Assembly: GCA_965216875.1 (NCBI GenBank)
Contig: OZ244207.1
Span: 4,320,001 to 4,384,000 of the forward strand
Direction of reading: 5' to 3'
DNA from: Rubripirellula sp.
Lineage (GTDB): Bacteria; Planctomycetota; Planctomycetia; Pirellulales; Pirellulaceae
Length of the DNA: 64,000 bases
Shown: in pieces, positions 39,379 through 48,798 of the stretch
Numbering within the stretch: the stretch's first letter is position 1
How the letters are laid out: each line of letters opens with the position of its first letter
Position numbers and translations under genes: made by a program
The notes under the pieces: model-generated
Database searches by the model: none
Seen by the model: the letters and a program-made list of their open reading frames with translations, nothing else
What the model was told of the DNA's origin: nothing

Positions 39379-40482
39379 TTACAGCGATTGGATATACCAG
39401 GCGACCCGTTTGCTGAAATCGAATGAATCGACGCCGACGATGCGTTCGAAATCTTGAATGCGATCGCGCCGTTTGTATTCGACAAAGGGTGGGCGACTTG
39501 CCGTGTGATTGAGCAGCTTGGCGAATTCCTTTGGCTGGCGTTCTGCGAGGTAGAACATCATTGCCCACGAGACGGCGTAGGCTTTGGTGACCGACGAACT
39601 GTTATCGAAGAGTGCATCTTGGCCGATCAGATCAAACATGTCTCGGCTGAGCTTCGTGTTGTCTCGGCCTGGGTAGGTCGATTTCAAATAGGTCAACGCA
39701 CTGCGGTTGATTCGATCCGCAACCGACCCGCTGCCGCGTGGATCGGTCAACGCAGCTGGTTCGAACATTTCGCCGATGCCTTCGGTGATCCAGCGTGGTG
39801 TGTCGTTCACTCGGCTGTGCACGCCGGAATTGAACGCCGATTGATGAGCCGCTTCGTGTCGCACCGTGGCGGCGGTGCGCGAGGCGTAGCCGCCGTCGTG
39901 AGTGAGCACGCGGTTGCTGTGATTGGAAAAAATCCCCGCAACCCGCGAAACATCCATGCCCAGCTTGCGCATCTCGGAATACATCGCGTCTTGATCTGGA
40001 TAGACGACTGCGACCATGGGGAATCGCCCGTCCCGAACATTCACGCCCCGACGTTTCATGTAGGTGACGAACGCGCGATGCGATTGTTCAAACATCTTCG
40101 GCCACCGGTCTCCTCGTCCCGCCGGCTGGACGACAAGAAAGTTCTGAGTCGTTACCACTTCAAACTTCCGACCAAATTCGGCTCGCAATTCGTTCCGCAC
40201 TTCGACGGCGTTGGCCGGCTGGTAACGCCCCTCGATCGGCCGAATTCGACTTTTTCCGTCATGCGGATTGAGTGAATGCAATCCGCCGTCACGTCCAATC
40301 ACCAACATCTCGTGAGCAGTGTCAACCAAAGCCAAGCCCTGCTGGAGCTTGCCGCTCGAAAAGAACTCGACCATTCCGGCGGTTTGCCCCTCGCAGCGGC
40401 TCGGATAAACCAAGCATGCCAGGACGATGAACGTGAAAAACGCCGGGGAGATCGCAAGAGTTCGCATTTTCGGACTTTGCAA
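39379..40482 (-). CDS. DUF1570-like exported protein (HEXXH zincin-like)
   Basis: TVRHEAAHQSAFNSGVH, PRWITEGIG, AYAVSWAMMFYL. Confidence 0.8.
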   Translation of the reverse strand: MQSPKMRTLAISPAFFTFIVLACLVYPSRCEGQTAGMVEFFSSGKLQQGLALVDTAHEMLVIGRDGGLHSLNPHDGKSRIRPIEGRYQPANAVEVRNELRAEFGRKFEVVTTQNFLVVQPAGRGDRWPKMFEQSHRAFVTYMKRRGVNVRDGRFPMVAVVYPDQDAMYSEMRKLGMDVSRVAGIFSNHSNRVLTHDGGYASRTAATVRHEAAHQSAFNSGVHSRVNDTPRWITEGIGEMFEPAALTDPRGSGSVADRINRSALTYLKSTYPGRDNTKLSRDMFDLIGQDALFDNSSSVTKAYAVSWAMMFYLAERQPKEFAKLLNHTASRPPFVEYKRRDRIQDFERIVGVDSFDFSKRVAWYIQSL

Positions 40483-40600
40483 TGATGAGGAAGTTTTTGA
40501 ACAGCCACCTGAAGGCTAGGTTAAAATCCGAGAAGCCGCTGAAGGCACCAGAATGTGGGGGTGCCGATTCTTTCCCGGGCAGGTTCCGAATTCGAGGAAA

Positions 40601-41938
40601 ATGACGAATATGCGACGCCTTTGTTTACGACTGCTCAATGCCTTTTGCTTAAGGGCCTTCTACTTGGGCGCCCTTTACTTGGGGGCCATTTCCGTTGGGA
40701 CCGTTTGCATTAGCCAACCGTTGTCTGCACAAGAGGATTCCGCGGACTTCAAGTCGGACGTGCTCGAATGGGTCGACGAACTTGATGCTCCGAGCTTGGC
40801 AACGCGCAAGGCCGCCGAGAAATCGCTGATCGAGGCGGGCCCCGAGGCCCTGCAATACCTGCCCGAAGGACGCGCGGGTGTCTCGATCGAAGCCGCCGAA
40901 CGACTCGCACGTGTTCGCAAAGCGCTTAAAGAGATGCGAACCGAAGTTGAAACCCAGGCCGGAAAGGTTGTGATCGACTTGAGCGAAGCGACGACTTTGG
41001 GCGAGGCGTTGGAAGCAATCAGCCGCGATAGCGGCGTTGAGTTTCAACATGACGCCGACGACTCGCTTCCGGTCTCGCCCGTCAACACGCCGTTGGCGTT
41101 TTGGCACGCAGTCGACTTGGTTCTTGATCAAACGAACCTCGACATCAACTTTTACGGTGGCGATGCGACCACATTGCAGTTGGTCGCGCGGGGCGAAAAC
41201 CGTCCATCACGCGTCGATGCGGCAGCCTACACTGGCGTCTATCGCATTGAGCCGACCGCAGTCACATCAAGGCGGGTCCTGAATGATCCCGATCTAAGTG
41301 CCCTGAATATCTCAGTCGAGATTTCATGGGAACCGCGACTGACGCCTGTCGGGCTGACGCTTCCTGTTGCTCAATTGGCGGGCAAACTTGACGACGGCGC
41401 GGTATTGAGGCCGCAGGACTCGGGCGAAACGATCGACGTCAACACAAACAGCGATCTGGCGTTCAGCGAGTTTTTCATGCCGATGAAACTCCCCGCCGGA
41501 CAACCCGGCCAAGTGGATGCACTCTCAGGCATCATCCGCGCTCTCTTGCCTGGAAAACGTCAAACGTTTGAACTCGCGCTCAAGGAATCGTCGCCGACCC
41601 AAACGATCGATGCCATGACGGTCAAGATCGAAACTGTCCGCAAAAACGGGCCGCTCCACGAAGTTCGTGTGAGCATCACGCTCGAAGACGCTGATCGATC
41701 ACTTGAAAGTCACCGCCATTGGATTTTTGAAAATGACGTCTATGTCAAACTCAAAGACGGCACACGCACCGACCACCTCGGCTATGAGGTTTTTCGGCAA
41801 ACGGAATCGGGCGTCGGCGTTTCCTACCTGTTCGACCTTGGTGATGGTGTGGGCGATTCTTCGTTGGTTTACGAATCTCCAACGGCAGTCGTCCCCAATG
41901 AAGTTCCCTTTGTGATCCAGGACATTCCGCTGCCGTGA
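40601..41938 (+). CDS. Conserved hypothetical exported protein
   Basis: Signal peptide ending LSA-QE; HEAT-like LDAPSLATRKAAEKSLIEAGPEAL; GTGA overlap with the next gene; start 40601 or 40610. Confidence 0.75.
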   Translation: MTNMRRLCLRLLNAFCLRAFYLGALYLGAISVGTVCISQPLSAQEDSADFKSDVLEWVDELDAPSLATRKAAEKSLIEAGPEALQYLPEGRAGVSIEAAERLARVRKALKEMRTEVETQAGKVVIDLSEATTLGEALEAISRDSGVEFQHDADDSLPVSPVNTPLAFWHAVDLVLDQTNLDINFYGGDATTLQLVARGENRPSRVDAAAYTGVYRIEPTAVTSRRVLNDPDLSALNISVEISWEPRLTPVGLTLPVAQLAGKLDDGAVLRPQDSGETIDVNTNSDLAFSEFFMPMKLPAGQPGQVDALSGIIRALLPGKRQTFELALKESSPTQTIDAMTVKIETVRKNGPLHEVRVSITLEDADRSLESHRHWIFENDVYVKLKDGTRTDHLGYEVFRQTESGVGVSYLFDLGDGVGDSSLVYESPTAVVPNEVPFVIQDIPLP

Positions 41939-42960
41939 TCGTCGCACTTCAAGCCATGCCTCTTCTCCCATCGATGCCAAGGGCGCTGCCCCGCGTCCTT
42001 GTTGTTTTCGCCGGTCTTGCCTGCCTCTTGGCCGGGTCGATCGAAGTGTCGGCCAAGGAGACCTACAAACCCGAGGATCCGTTCGCTGCAATTGACGGCG
42101 AACCGATTTACCTCGGCGAATTGAATCTGATCCTCGCGCAACGAGGTGTCAAAAAGCTCGACGCCGTCGACATCAATGTCAAACGCGCCGTTGCCGCGCT
42201 GGTGGTCCGACGGCGTTTGGCTTTGTTGTCATTGCAAGCACAAGGGGGTGCCGCCCTTGAGCGAATCGTCGACCGACAGATCGACCAGTTTGCACAAGAA
42301 GCGAAACGGCAAGGCAGCAGCTTCGAAAAACAGGCCAAGGCGCTTCTAACCAACGAAAAAGGGCTAATCGCCGACCTGACCTGGCGCGCTGCCTGGAGTG
42401 AATACCTCAAGAGCAACCTGACCGACAAGAACCTTCGTCGCTACTTTGAAATGAAACGTGAGCAGTACGCTGGCGGCCGCTGGGAAGTGTCACAGATCTT
42501 TGTATCGATCGTCGACCCTGACCCAACCTCGCTGTCGGCGACGACCACGAGCATGAACGAGCTTGCCGAGTCAATTCGATCGTCTTCCGATGTCGAAACG
42601 GCCTTTGCGAATGCCGCACGTGACCACAGTGAATCGGGTTCCGCCGACAACGGTGGCAAAGTCGGTTGGGTCGAAAAGGATGGTGACTTGCCGTCGGCCG
42701 TGATGAAGGTGGTGCGCGAAACCAAGCCTGGTCAATTGAGCAAAGCGGTGCAAAGTCCGCTGGGAATGCACCTCGTTTTCGTTCATCAGTATGAACCGGG
42801 AAAGATGACCTTCGGCGACTTGACCGATCAAGCGCAATTGAGGCGAGATGCCACCAATGCCTTGTTCGATGCGTTGGTGAAAAAGCAGTCAAGTGCAAAG
42901 GTCGTCTGGTTCATCTCGGCACTGAAGCCACCAGCATCCATGCAGCTGATTCCGCAATAA
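41935..42960 (+). CDS. PpiC/parvulin-type peptidyl-prolyl isomerase (SurA/PrsA-like)
   Basis: VSQIFV, FANAARDHSESGSADNGGKVGW, GQLSKAVQSPLGMHLV. Confidence 0.88.
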   Translation: MIVALQAMPLLPSMPRALPRVLVVFAGLACLLAGSIEVSAKETYKPEDPFAAIDGEPIYLGELNLILAQRGVKKLDAVDINVKRAVAALVVRRRLALLSLQAQGGAALERIVDRQIDQFAQEAKRQGSSFEKQAKALLTNEKGLIADLTWRAAWSEYLKSNLTDKNLRRYFEMKREQYAGGRWEVSQIFVSIVDPDPTSLSATTTSMNELAESIRSSSDVETAFANAARDHSESGSADNGGKVGWVEKDGDLPSAVMKVVRETKPGQLSKAVQSPLGMHLVFVHQYEPGKMTFGDLTDQAQLRRDATNALFDALVKKQSSAKVVWFISALKPPASMQLIPQ

Positions 42961-43054
42961 CGTGGCCACCGCATCCGTCTGCAACTCCATGGGATTTCAA
43001 ACGTGCGTGTGGTATTATTGAATTCGGATAGCAACCAACAAGGGAGACTTCGTT

Positions 43055-43294
43055 TTGGGCGTAACCGTTGAAGAGCTAAACGATTTCCACCGTTTTGCGC
43101 TGAGCAAGCTTGAGCAAAGCTCGCGGGATGACCTGACCATCGACGACTTGGTTTTTGAATGGGATTCTGTCTCGAACCGAGCCCAGATCAACCAAGCGAT
43201 CTCTCAGGGCATCGAGGACGTGAATGGAGGCAATCACCGCTCCGTCGATGTTGTTAATGCCGAGTTGCAGGACAAGTACAAGCTTGACCAATGA
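43055..43294 (+). CDS. Probable antitoxin of a type II TA pair
   Basis: 79 aa, acidic; AISQGIEDVNGG; GGGAG RBS; ATGA overlap with the toxin gene. Confidence 0.7.
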   Translation: MGVTVEELNDFHRFALSKLEQSSRDDLTIDDLVFEWDSVSNRAQINQAISQGIEDVNGGNHRSVDVVNAELQDKYKLDQ

Positions 43295-43626
43295 AGCACA
43301 CTGTTCAAGTCACCACTTGTGCGGAGCGTGACCTGACGGCAATTCTTGACTGGCTATCTGAACGCTCACTGCAGGGTGCAAACGCCTGGTTTGAAGTTTG
43401 GCTGAAGACCTGCTCCGAGTTGAGTCAAAACGCTTCTGCAGCGTCACTTGCTCCGGAAAACCCCGACCATGAAGAAGAGATTCGGCACTGGTTTTTCAAA
43501 ACGCCGAAAGGGAGGCGTTACCGAGCCTTGTTCATCATTCGTGACAATGTGGTCTTCATTCTGAATGTTCGAGGATCTGGCGAAGAATTTGTTTCAAAGG
43601 ATGAATTGGGAAATCCGAGTCATTAG
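43291..43626 (+). CDS. RelE/ParE family toxin
   Basis: VQVTTCAERDLTAILDWL...YRALFIIRDNVVFILNVRG. Confidence 0.85.
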   Translation: MKHTVQVTTCAERDLTAILDWLSERSLQGANAWFEVWLKTCSELSQNASAASLAPENPDHEEEIRHWFFKTPKGRRYRALFIIRDNVVFILNVRGSGEEFVSKDELGNPSH

Positions 43627-43747
43627 CTGCAGCTTCTTTCTCAAGAAATTCACTTTTTAAAGTGAATCATCTGCAGTGGCTACTTGCGTTTGAAGCAGTG
43701 CATTCTGTGTGAGTAGGTTTCAGCGAGCAGCAGTTTCAATCAACGCA

Positions 43748-44500
43748 ATGAAGCACAACATGTATTCCGACCTTCAAGACAAGACTGTTGCCATCACCGG
43801 TGGCGCCGCCGGGATTGGCGAAGCCATGACAGAGGCGTTCGTTGCGCAGGGGGCGAGGGTTTTTCTATGCGACGTCGATTCCGAGCGAGGCAAGCAGATC
43901 GCGAGTCAGCATGATGGCCAAGCAACCTTCCATCGCGTCGACTTGCGTCGCGAGAACCAAGTGCGCCAGTGGATTGATAAGATCGCCAAAGAGACCGAGT
44001 CGATCGACGTTCTGATCAACAATGCTGCCGTCGACCCGCGCATTCCGCTCACAGAAATGACGACCAAACAGTGGGACGAGGTCTTCTCGCTCAACATCCG
44101 CGCATTCATGTTGACTGTCCAGCAAGCCGCGCCGCACATGCCACGTGGCGGGTCGATCGTCAACTTTTCTTCGATCACGCATCACCTATCCCCAGCGGCA
44201 ATGTCAGCCTACGTCGCAACCAAATCGGGGATCATTGGCCTGACACGATCGCTTGCACGCGAGCTTGGCCCGCGGCACATTCGCGTCAACACACTCGCAC
44301 CGGGCTGGATCATGACCGAGCGTCAGCTTGACCAATTCGTCACGCCTGCGGTCAAGCGAATGCTGAAGAAAGAGCAGTGCATCCCCGAGCTGATTCGCCC
44401 CGAGGAAATCGCAGATGTCGCCCTCTTTCTGGCCAGCAGCGCAAGTCGTGCGATCACAGGCCAAGAATTGTTGGCTGACCGCGGCTGGGCTCACCACTAA
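43748..44500 (+). CDS. SDR family NAD(P)-dependent oxidoreductase
   Basis: TGGAAGIG, LINNAA, YVATK, IRVNTLAPGWIMT. Confidence 0.95.
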   Translation: MKHNMYSDLQDKTVAITGGAAGIGEAMTEAFVAQGARVFLCDVDSERGKQIASQHDGQATFHRVDLRRENQVRQWIDKIAKETESIDVLINNAAVDPRIPLTEMTTKQWDEVFSLNIRAFMLTVQQAAPHMPRGGSIVNFSSITHHLSPAAMSAYVATKSGIIGLTRSLARELGPRHIRVNTLAPGWIMTERQLDQFVTPAVKRMLKKEQCIPELIRPEEIADVALFLASSASRAITGQELLADRGWAHH

Positions 44501-44635
44501 CGGCTTCCTCGGAGGTAGGCCGCCGTCCTATCGGCTGGCGGTGGGATGCCACCGCTCCGCTCCTCCGCGATTCGGCTACAATTGCCCTCCGATTCAACAA
44601 GCCCTCCATCATGAACATCTCGGACGACGGCAATC

Positions 44636-45493
44636 ATGGGTGCCAAGAACAACAGCAAGAGCAAAGACGCGGCGAGCAAAAAGGGAAAAACCCAGGCACA
44701 GGTCGCAGACAAATTTGACTGCTACCAAAAATCGGTTCAGGCCCCCGATCACGAAGTCGAGTTTTTTGAACAGGCTTTTCGCGAGGCTTATGGCAAAAAG
44801 CCGTACACCCTTCGAGAAGATTTCTGCGGGACGTTTTCAGTCTGTTGCGAATGGGTCAAATCGAGTCCCCGCCGCACTGCACTTGGCGTTGACCTGTGTG
44901 ATGAAACACTTGCCTGGGGACGTGACCACAATCTCGCGCAGCTCAAACCGGCTCAACAAAAGCGAGTGAGTCTGATCGAACAGGACGTCCGCAAACGAAA
45001 TCGTCCTTCGGTCGATGTCCTTGCCGCGCAAAACTTCTCGTTCTGGATTTTCAAAACGCGCGCCGAAGTGATCGAGTACTTCAAAATCGCTAGAGCCAAT
45101 TTGAAGGCCCAGGGCATCATGGTGATGGACATGATGGGTGGCGGCGAATGTTACGAAGAAGATCTGGTCGATAAACGAACGATCGTTAAAGGCAAGAACG
45201 GTTTCCAATACCACTGGAAACAAGAATCCTTTAACCCCGTTACTGCGGATGCAAACTTCAGCATCAGCTTCAAATTCAAAGACGGCAGCAAACTCAAACG
45301 TGCCTTTGAATACAACTGGCGTTTCTGGACCATTCCCGAAGTCCGGGAAATGCTAAGCGAAGCAGGCTTTGCCGAAAGTCATGTGTACTGGGAAACCGAA
45401 GACGAAGACGGAGAAGACACGGGCGAATGGGAACGAGGTGAAAACGCGCCAAGTAACCCCAGCTGGATCTCATACATCGTTGCGGTCAAGTAA
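44636..45493 (+). CDS. Class I SAM-dependent methyltransferase
   Basis: LREDFCGT, ALGVDL, AQNFSFW, YNWRFWTIPEVRE. Confidence 0.8.
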   Translation: MGAKNNSKSKDAASKKGKTQAQVADKFDCYQKSVQAPDHEVEFFEQAFREAYGKKPYTLREDFCGTFSVCCEWVKSSPRRTALGVDLCDETLAWGRDHNLAQLKPAQQKRVSLIEQDVRKRNRPSVDVLAAQNFSFWIFKTRAEVIEYFKIARANLKAQGIMVMDMMGGGECYEEDLVDKRTIVKGKNGFQYHWKQESFNPVTADANFSISFKFKDGSKLKRAFEYNWRFWTIPEVREMLSEAGFAESHVYWETEDEDGEDTGEWERGENAPSNPSWISYIVAVK

Positions 45494-45502
45494 TCGTCAT
45501 TT

Positions 45503-45588
45503 GGGAGGGTGAGGCTCCCGCCGAACCGGGCGTACGGCTCCGCAGGAGCGTCGCCCTCCCAGCGTCGTCCTCCCAGCGTCGCCCTCAC
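45503..45588. repeat. REP-like family F doublet followed by 14-bp tandem repeats
   Basis: GGGAGGGTGAGGCTCCCGCCGAACCG...CGGCTCCGCAGGAGCGTCGCCCTCCC; AGCGTCGyCCTCmC three times at 45547, 45561, 45575. Confidence 0.8.
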
Positions 45589-45590
45589 GT

Positions 45591-46505
45591 TCACCGTTTT
45601 AGCGCACGACCGTTGAACGTGACCGACCGGTCGAGCGTTTTCTTCCAGGTGTCGGCACCGCGCCAGGTAACGTTGGTGTTGCCAAGCTTCAAGTTGCTCA
45701 GCGTGGGTATCGGTTCGAAGTGAATCAGACCCGCATCCGAGACTCGCGAACCTTCCAGATCGAGACTCTTGAGGTTCGTCATTCCCGCCAGATACACCAA
45801 CCCTTCATCGGTGATTCGACATTCGGATCCGCTGAGGTCCAGCTCGATGAGTTGGTCACTGTTGCTTAAGAGCTCAAGCGAGCGATTGGTGAATTCATTG
45901 CCGCCGAGTACCAGTCTCTTCAGCTTCGGCAGGCGTCCGATCGTCTCCATCGATTCGTCCGTCAACCGAGCGTCCAAAAGATAAAGCTCGCGCAGCTCGT
46001 CAAGCTTCTTCAAATGGGCAGCACCTTCATCACCAATGTGCGCTTCGGAAAAGGCCACGTAGCGCAGGTTGGTCAGTTCCGAAAGATGCACCATCGACTC
46101 GGGTGACGCCTGCCGCGTCCCCACGACCAACGACTCGAGCTTGGGCAGGTCCGCCAAATGCTCCATCGCGTCATCGCTGTATCGACTATTGAGTTCCGGC
46201 TGCTTGTTTCGCTCGCCGGAATACAGATTGACACTCACGACTTCGTGAAAGCAGTCCACTCCGAATAGATCGATCAGCCATCCCGGTGTGCTCGGCTCGG
46301 CGTCGACGACCACCAGCCCCGGCTTGGCGACGACACTTGGATAATGGAAGTCGTAGTAGACCCAGCCACCAAACTCGCGGATCCCCGCAACCGCATCCCG
46401 TTGTCGTAGCGTGCGGTGACTATGGATCCCCAGCCAGACACCCAGCAGGGTGGTGACGATCAGGAACGTCCTCAGGCTGAATCGAAAATGCTTGCGGAGT
46501 TTCAT
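45591..46505 (-). CDS. Membrane-anchored leucine-rich repeat protein
   Basis: FRFSLRTFLIVTTLLGVWLG anchor; repeated LxxLxLxxxxxTDxGLxxL units. Confidence 0.88.
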   Translation of the reverse strand: MKLRKHFRFSLRTFLIVTTLLGVWLGIHSHRTLRQRDAVAGIREFGGWVYYDFHYPSVVAKPGLVVVDAEPSTPGWLIDLFGVDCFHEVVSVNLYSGERNKQPELNSRYSDDAMEHLADLPKLESLVVGTRQASPESMVHLSELTNLRYVAFSEAHIGDEGAAHLKKLDELRELYLLDARLTDESMETIGRLPKLKRLVLGGNEFTNRSLELLSNSDQLIELDLSGSECRITDEGLVYLAGMTNLKSLDLEGSRVSDAGLIHFEPIPTLSNLKLGNTNVTWRGADTWKKTLDRSVTFNGRALKR

Positions 46506-46618
46506 CGCAAACCGCGTTTTTGGGGGTTTCTATGTCAAAATAACGCTCGGACTGGGGAGAATATTGGGGATCTCGCTTTTTTTTGTTAACCAATTTGCCA
46601 CAGGCGGCATTTATAGGC

Positions 46619-47161
46619 ATGACCCAGGCCACAGGCGACGACCGAGAATCGCAATTTGTTGCCCAACTGACTGAATGCCAGTTGCCGCTGCAGTTGTACG
46701 TTCGCACGCTCCTTCCTGGTGATTCGGCCGCCACCGACGTGGCTCAAGCTGCCAACGCCAAGATTTGGGAACGCCGCGAAGACTTTCAGCCGGGCACCAA
46801 TTTCAAGGCGTGGGCCTTTGCGATCGCCCGCTTTGAGGTCCTCAACTACCGCAAACAACAGTCGCGAGACTCTCGACTCGTCTTTAGCGACGACTTGCAA
46901 AAAACGATTGCGGACGAATTGCTCGATTCCTGTGACGACCTTCAACAGCGCCACGAAGCGCTGCAATGTTGTCTTGGAAAACTCAAACCGAACGATCGTG
47001 AGTTACTGCTTCGACGGTATGGCTCGGGATCCACGTTGTCGCAATACGCTGAAGAGGTGGGGCGCAGCGCCGGTGGTCTCAAGGTGGCCCTGCATCGACT
47101 CAGGTCCACATTGCTCAAGTGCATGCAACGTCAACTTCGTGTCGCGGAGGAAGGAGCATGA
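46619..47161 (+). CDS. ECF sigma-70 factor
   Basis: DFQPGTNFKAWAFAIARFEVLNYR, LQCCLGKL, LKVALHRLRSTL. Confidence 0.92.
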   Translation: MTQATGDDRESQFVAQLTECQLPLQLYVRTLLPGDSAATDVAQAANAKIWERREDFQPGTNFKAWAFAIARFEVLNYRKQQSRDSRLVFSDDLQKTIADELLDSCDDLQQRHEALQCCLGKLKPNDRELLLRRYGSGSTLSQYAEEVGRSAGGLKVALHRLRSTLLKCMQRQLRVAEEGA

Positions 47162-48798
47162 CACCGAAAGACCGCCGCGAACTGATCGACGCACTGGCTG
47201 ATGGCGAAGTTAGCGAAGCTGAATTCCTGACCGCCGAAGCGGAACTGTCCATCGATGGCGATGTGCGCCGCGAGTACTACGACCGTGTGATCTTGACCAT
47301 GCTGCTCGAATCGGAAGCGAAAGCAGCCGGTTTCGACGGAATCACACCAGTCGCAAAAGGCAACGATCACCGGCTGCGTTTGGCGCTGACCGCAATGATC
47401 CTGGCAACGGCGGCATCACTGATCGCAGTCGCGGTTCTGGTGATGCAAGGTGACCGCCAAGTTGCTGGCACTGATTTGCCGACCCCGACAACCAACGCGT
47501 CAACAAGCGAAGCGTCGGCAAGCGGGTTCGCTGTCGTCAGCGGTCAATCAGGGGTTGAGTGGGCCGACCGTGTGGCGATCGCAAATGGCAGCCTCGTTCC
47601 TGAGGGCCAACTGCACCTGCGATCGGGCATTGTCCATCTGGAACTCTTCAGTGGCGTACAACTTGTCGTCGAAGGTGAATCGAAGTTCGCGATTCTTTCG
47701 CCGATGGAAGTTCGCGTCGCCAAAGGGAAAGTGCGAGCCCAGGTACCCGAGCCGGCCATCGGATTCAAGATCCACACCGACGCAGGAAACGTCGTCGACC
47801 TGGGAACGGACTTTGCCGTCAACGTGACCGACCAAGGTGCCGAAGTTCATGTGATCGACGGCGAAGTCGAATGGACCGCCAAGGGTGACCAACCGAAACG
47901 GATGGAAACCGGTAACGCTGTGGCGACTTCCAAGGGCGGCAACACCGTGAACTTGGTCACCACAGCGGGTGAGTTCATCGGACCGAGTGAATTCCAACAG
48001 CGCATGTTGCTCGACCAAGATGAACGTTACACGAATTGGAAGGCACATTCGGAAAGGCTGCGTCAGGACCCACGGCTGGTGGCTCTTTACCAGGTTGGCA
48101 TGACCGACCGCTGGGCGCGGCGATTACGCAATCACGCGACCGCTTCGATCCAAGACGAAACCAAACAAGCCGCCGGCGAAGGCGCGGTGGTTGCCGCAGT
48201 TCGAACGGCTGATCGCTGGGGACGCGCCGACGGCGCCCTCGACTTCAGTCCCACGGGCAGTCGCGTCCGCTTGACCGTGCCTGGGGAATACCAATCACTG
48301 ACACTGATGTGCTGGGTTCGCATCAACAGCCTCGACCGCTGGTACAACTCGCTTTTCCTTACCGACGGCCACGAGAAAGGCGAACCTCACTGGCAAATCA
48401 TGGACGATGGGCGACTGTTCTTTTCAGTCAAAAAGAACGATGTATGGAACCGCGAGAAGGGGCAGAAAGACAAACACGTCTTCTACTCGCCTTCGCTAGA
48501 GGCAAGTCAACTCTGCAGCCAATGGTCCATGATCGCAACGGTTTACGACACCGAAGCCAAACAGGTCACACACTACCTCAACGGCAAAGCGATCAGCAAA
48601 GAAGCCATTCCTGAAGAATACCTTGTGCGGCGTGTTCGCATTGGCGACGCATCGCTTTGTAACTGGGGTCTCCCCGAACGCGACGAGCCGAGGTTTGCGG
48701 TTCGTAACCTGAACGGCAGCATGGACGAGTTCGCACTCTTCTCTGCTGCGTTGTCCTCCGACGAAATCAAGGACCTGTACGAGCATGGTAAGCCGTAG
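47158..48798 (+). CDS. FecR-like anti-sigma factor with C-terminal LamG-like jelly-roll domain
   Basis: Single TM; VVDLGTDFAVNV...EVHVIDGEVE (FecR); LNGSMDEFALFSAALSSDEIKDLY (LamG); ATGA-coupled to the sigma gene. Confidence 0.87.
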   Translation: MTPKDRRELIDALADGEVSEAEFLTAEAELSIDGDVRREYYDRVILTMLLESEAKAAGFDGITPVAKGNDHRLRLALTAMILATAASLIAVAVLVMQGDRQVAGTDLPTPTTNASTSEASASGFAVVSGQSGVEWADRVAIANGSLVPEGQLHLRSGIVHLELFSGVQLVVEGESKFAILSPMEVRVAKGKVRAQVPEPAIGFKIHTDAGNVVDLGTDFAVNVTDQGAEVHVIDGEVEWTAKGDQPKRMETGNAVATSKGGNTVNLVTTAGEFIGPSEFQQRMLLDQDERYTNWKAHSERLRQDPRLVALYQVGMTDRWARRLRNHATASIQDETKQAAGEGAVVAAVRTADRWGRADGALDFSPTGSRVRLTVPGEYQSLTLMCWVRINSLDRWYNSLFLTDGHEKGEPHWQIMDDGRLFFSVKKNDVWNREKGQKDKHVFYSPSLEASQLCSQWSMIATVYDTEAKQVTHYLNGKAISKEAIPEEYLVRRVRIGDASLCNWGLPERDEPRFAVRNLNGSMDEFALFSAALSSDEIKDLYEHGKP

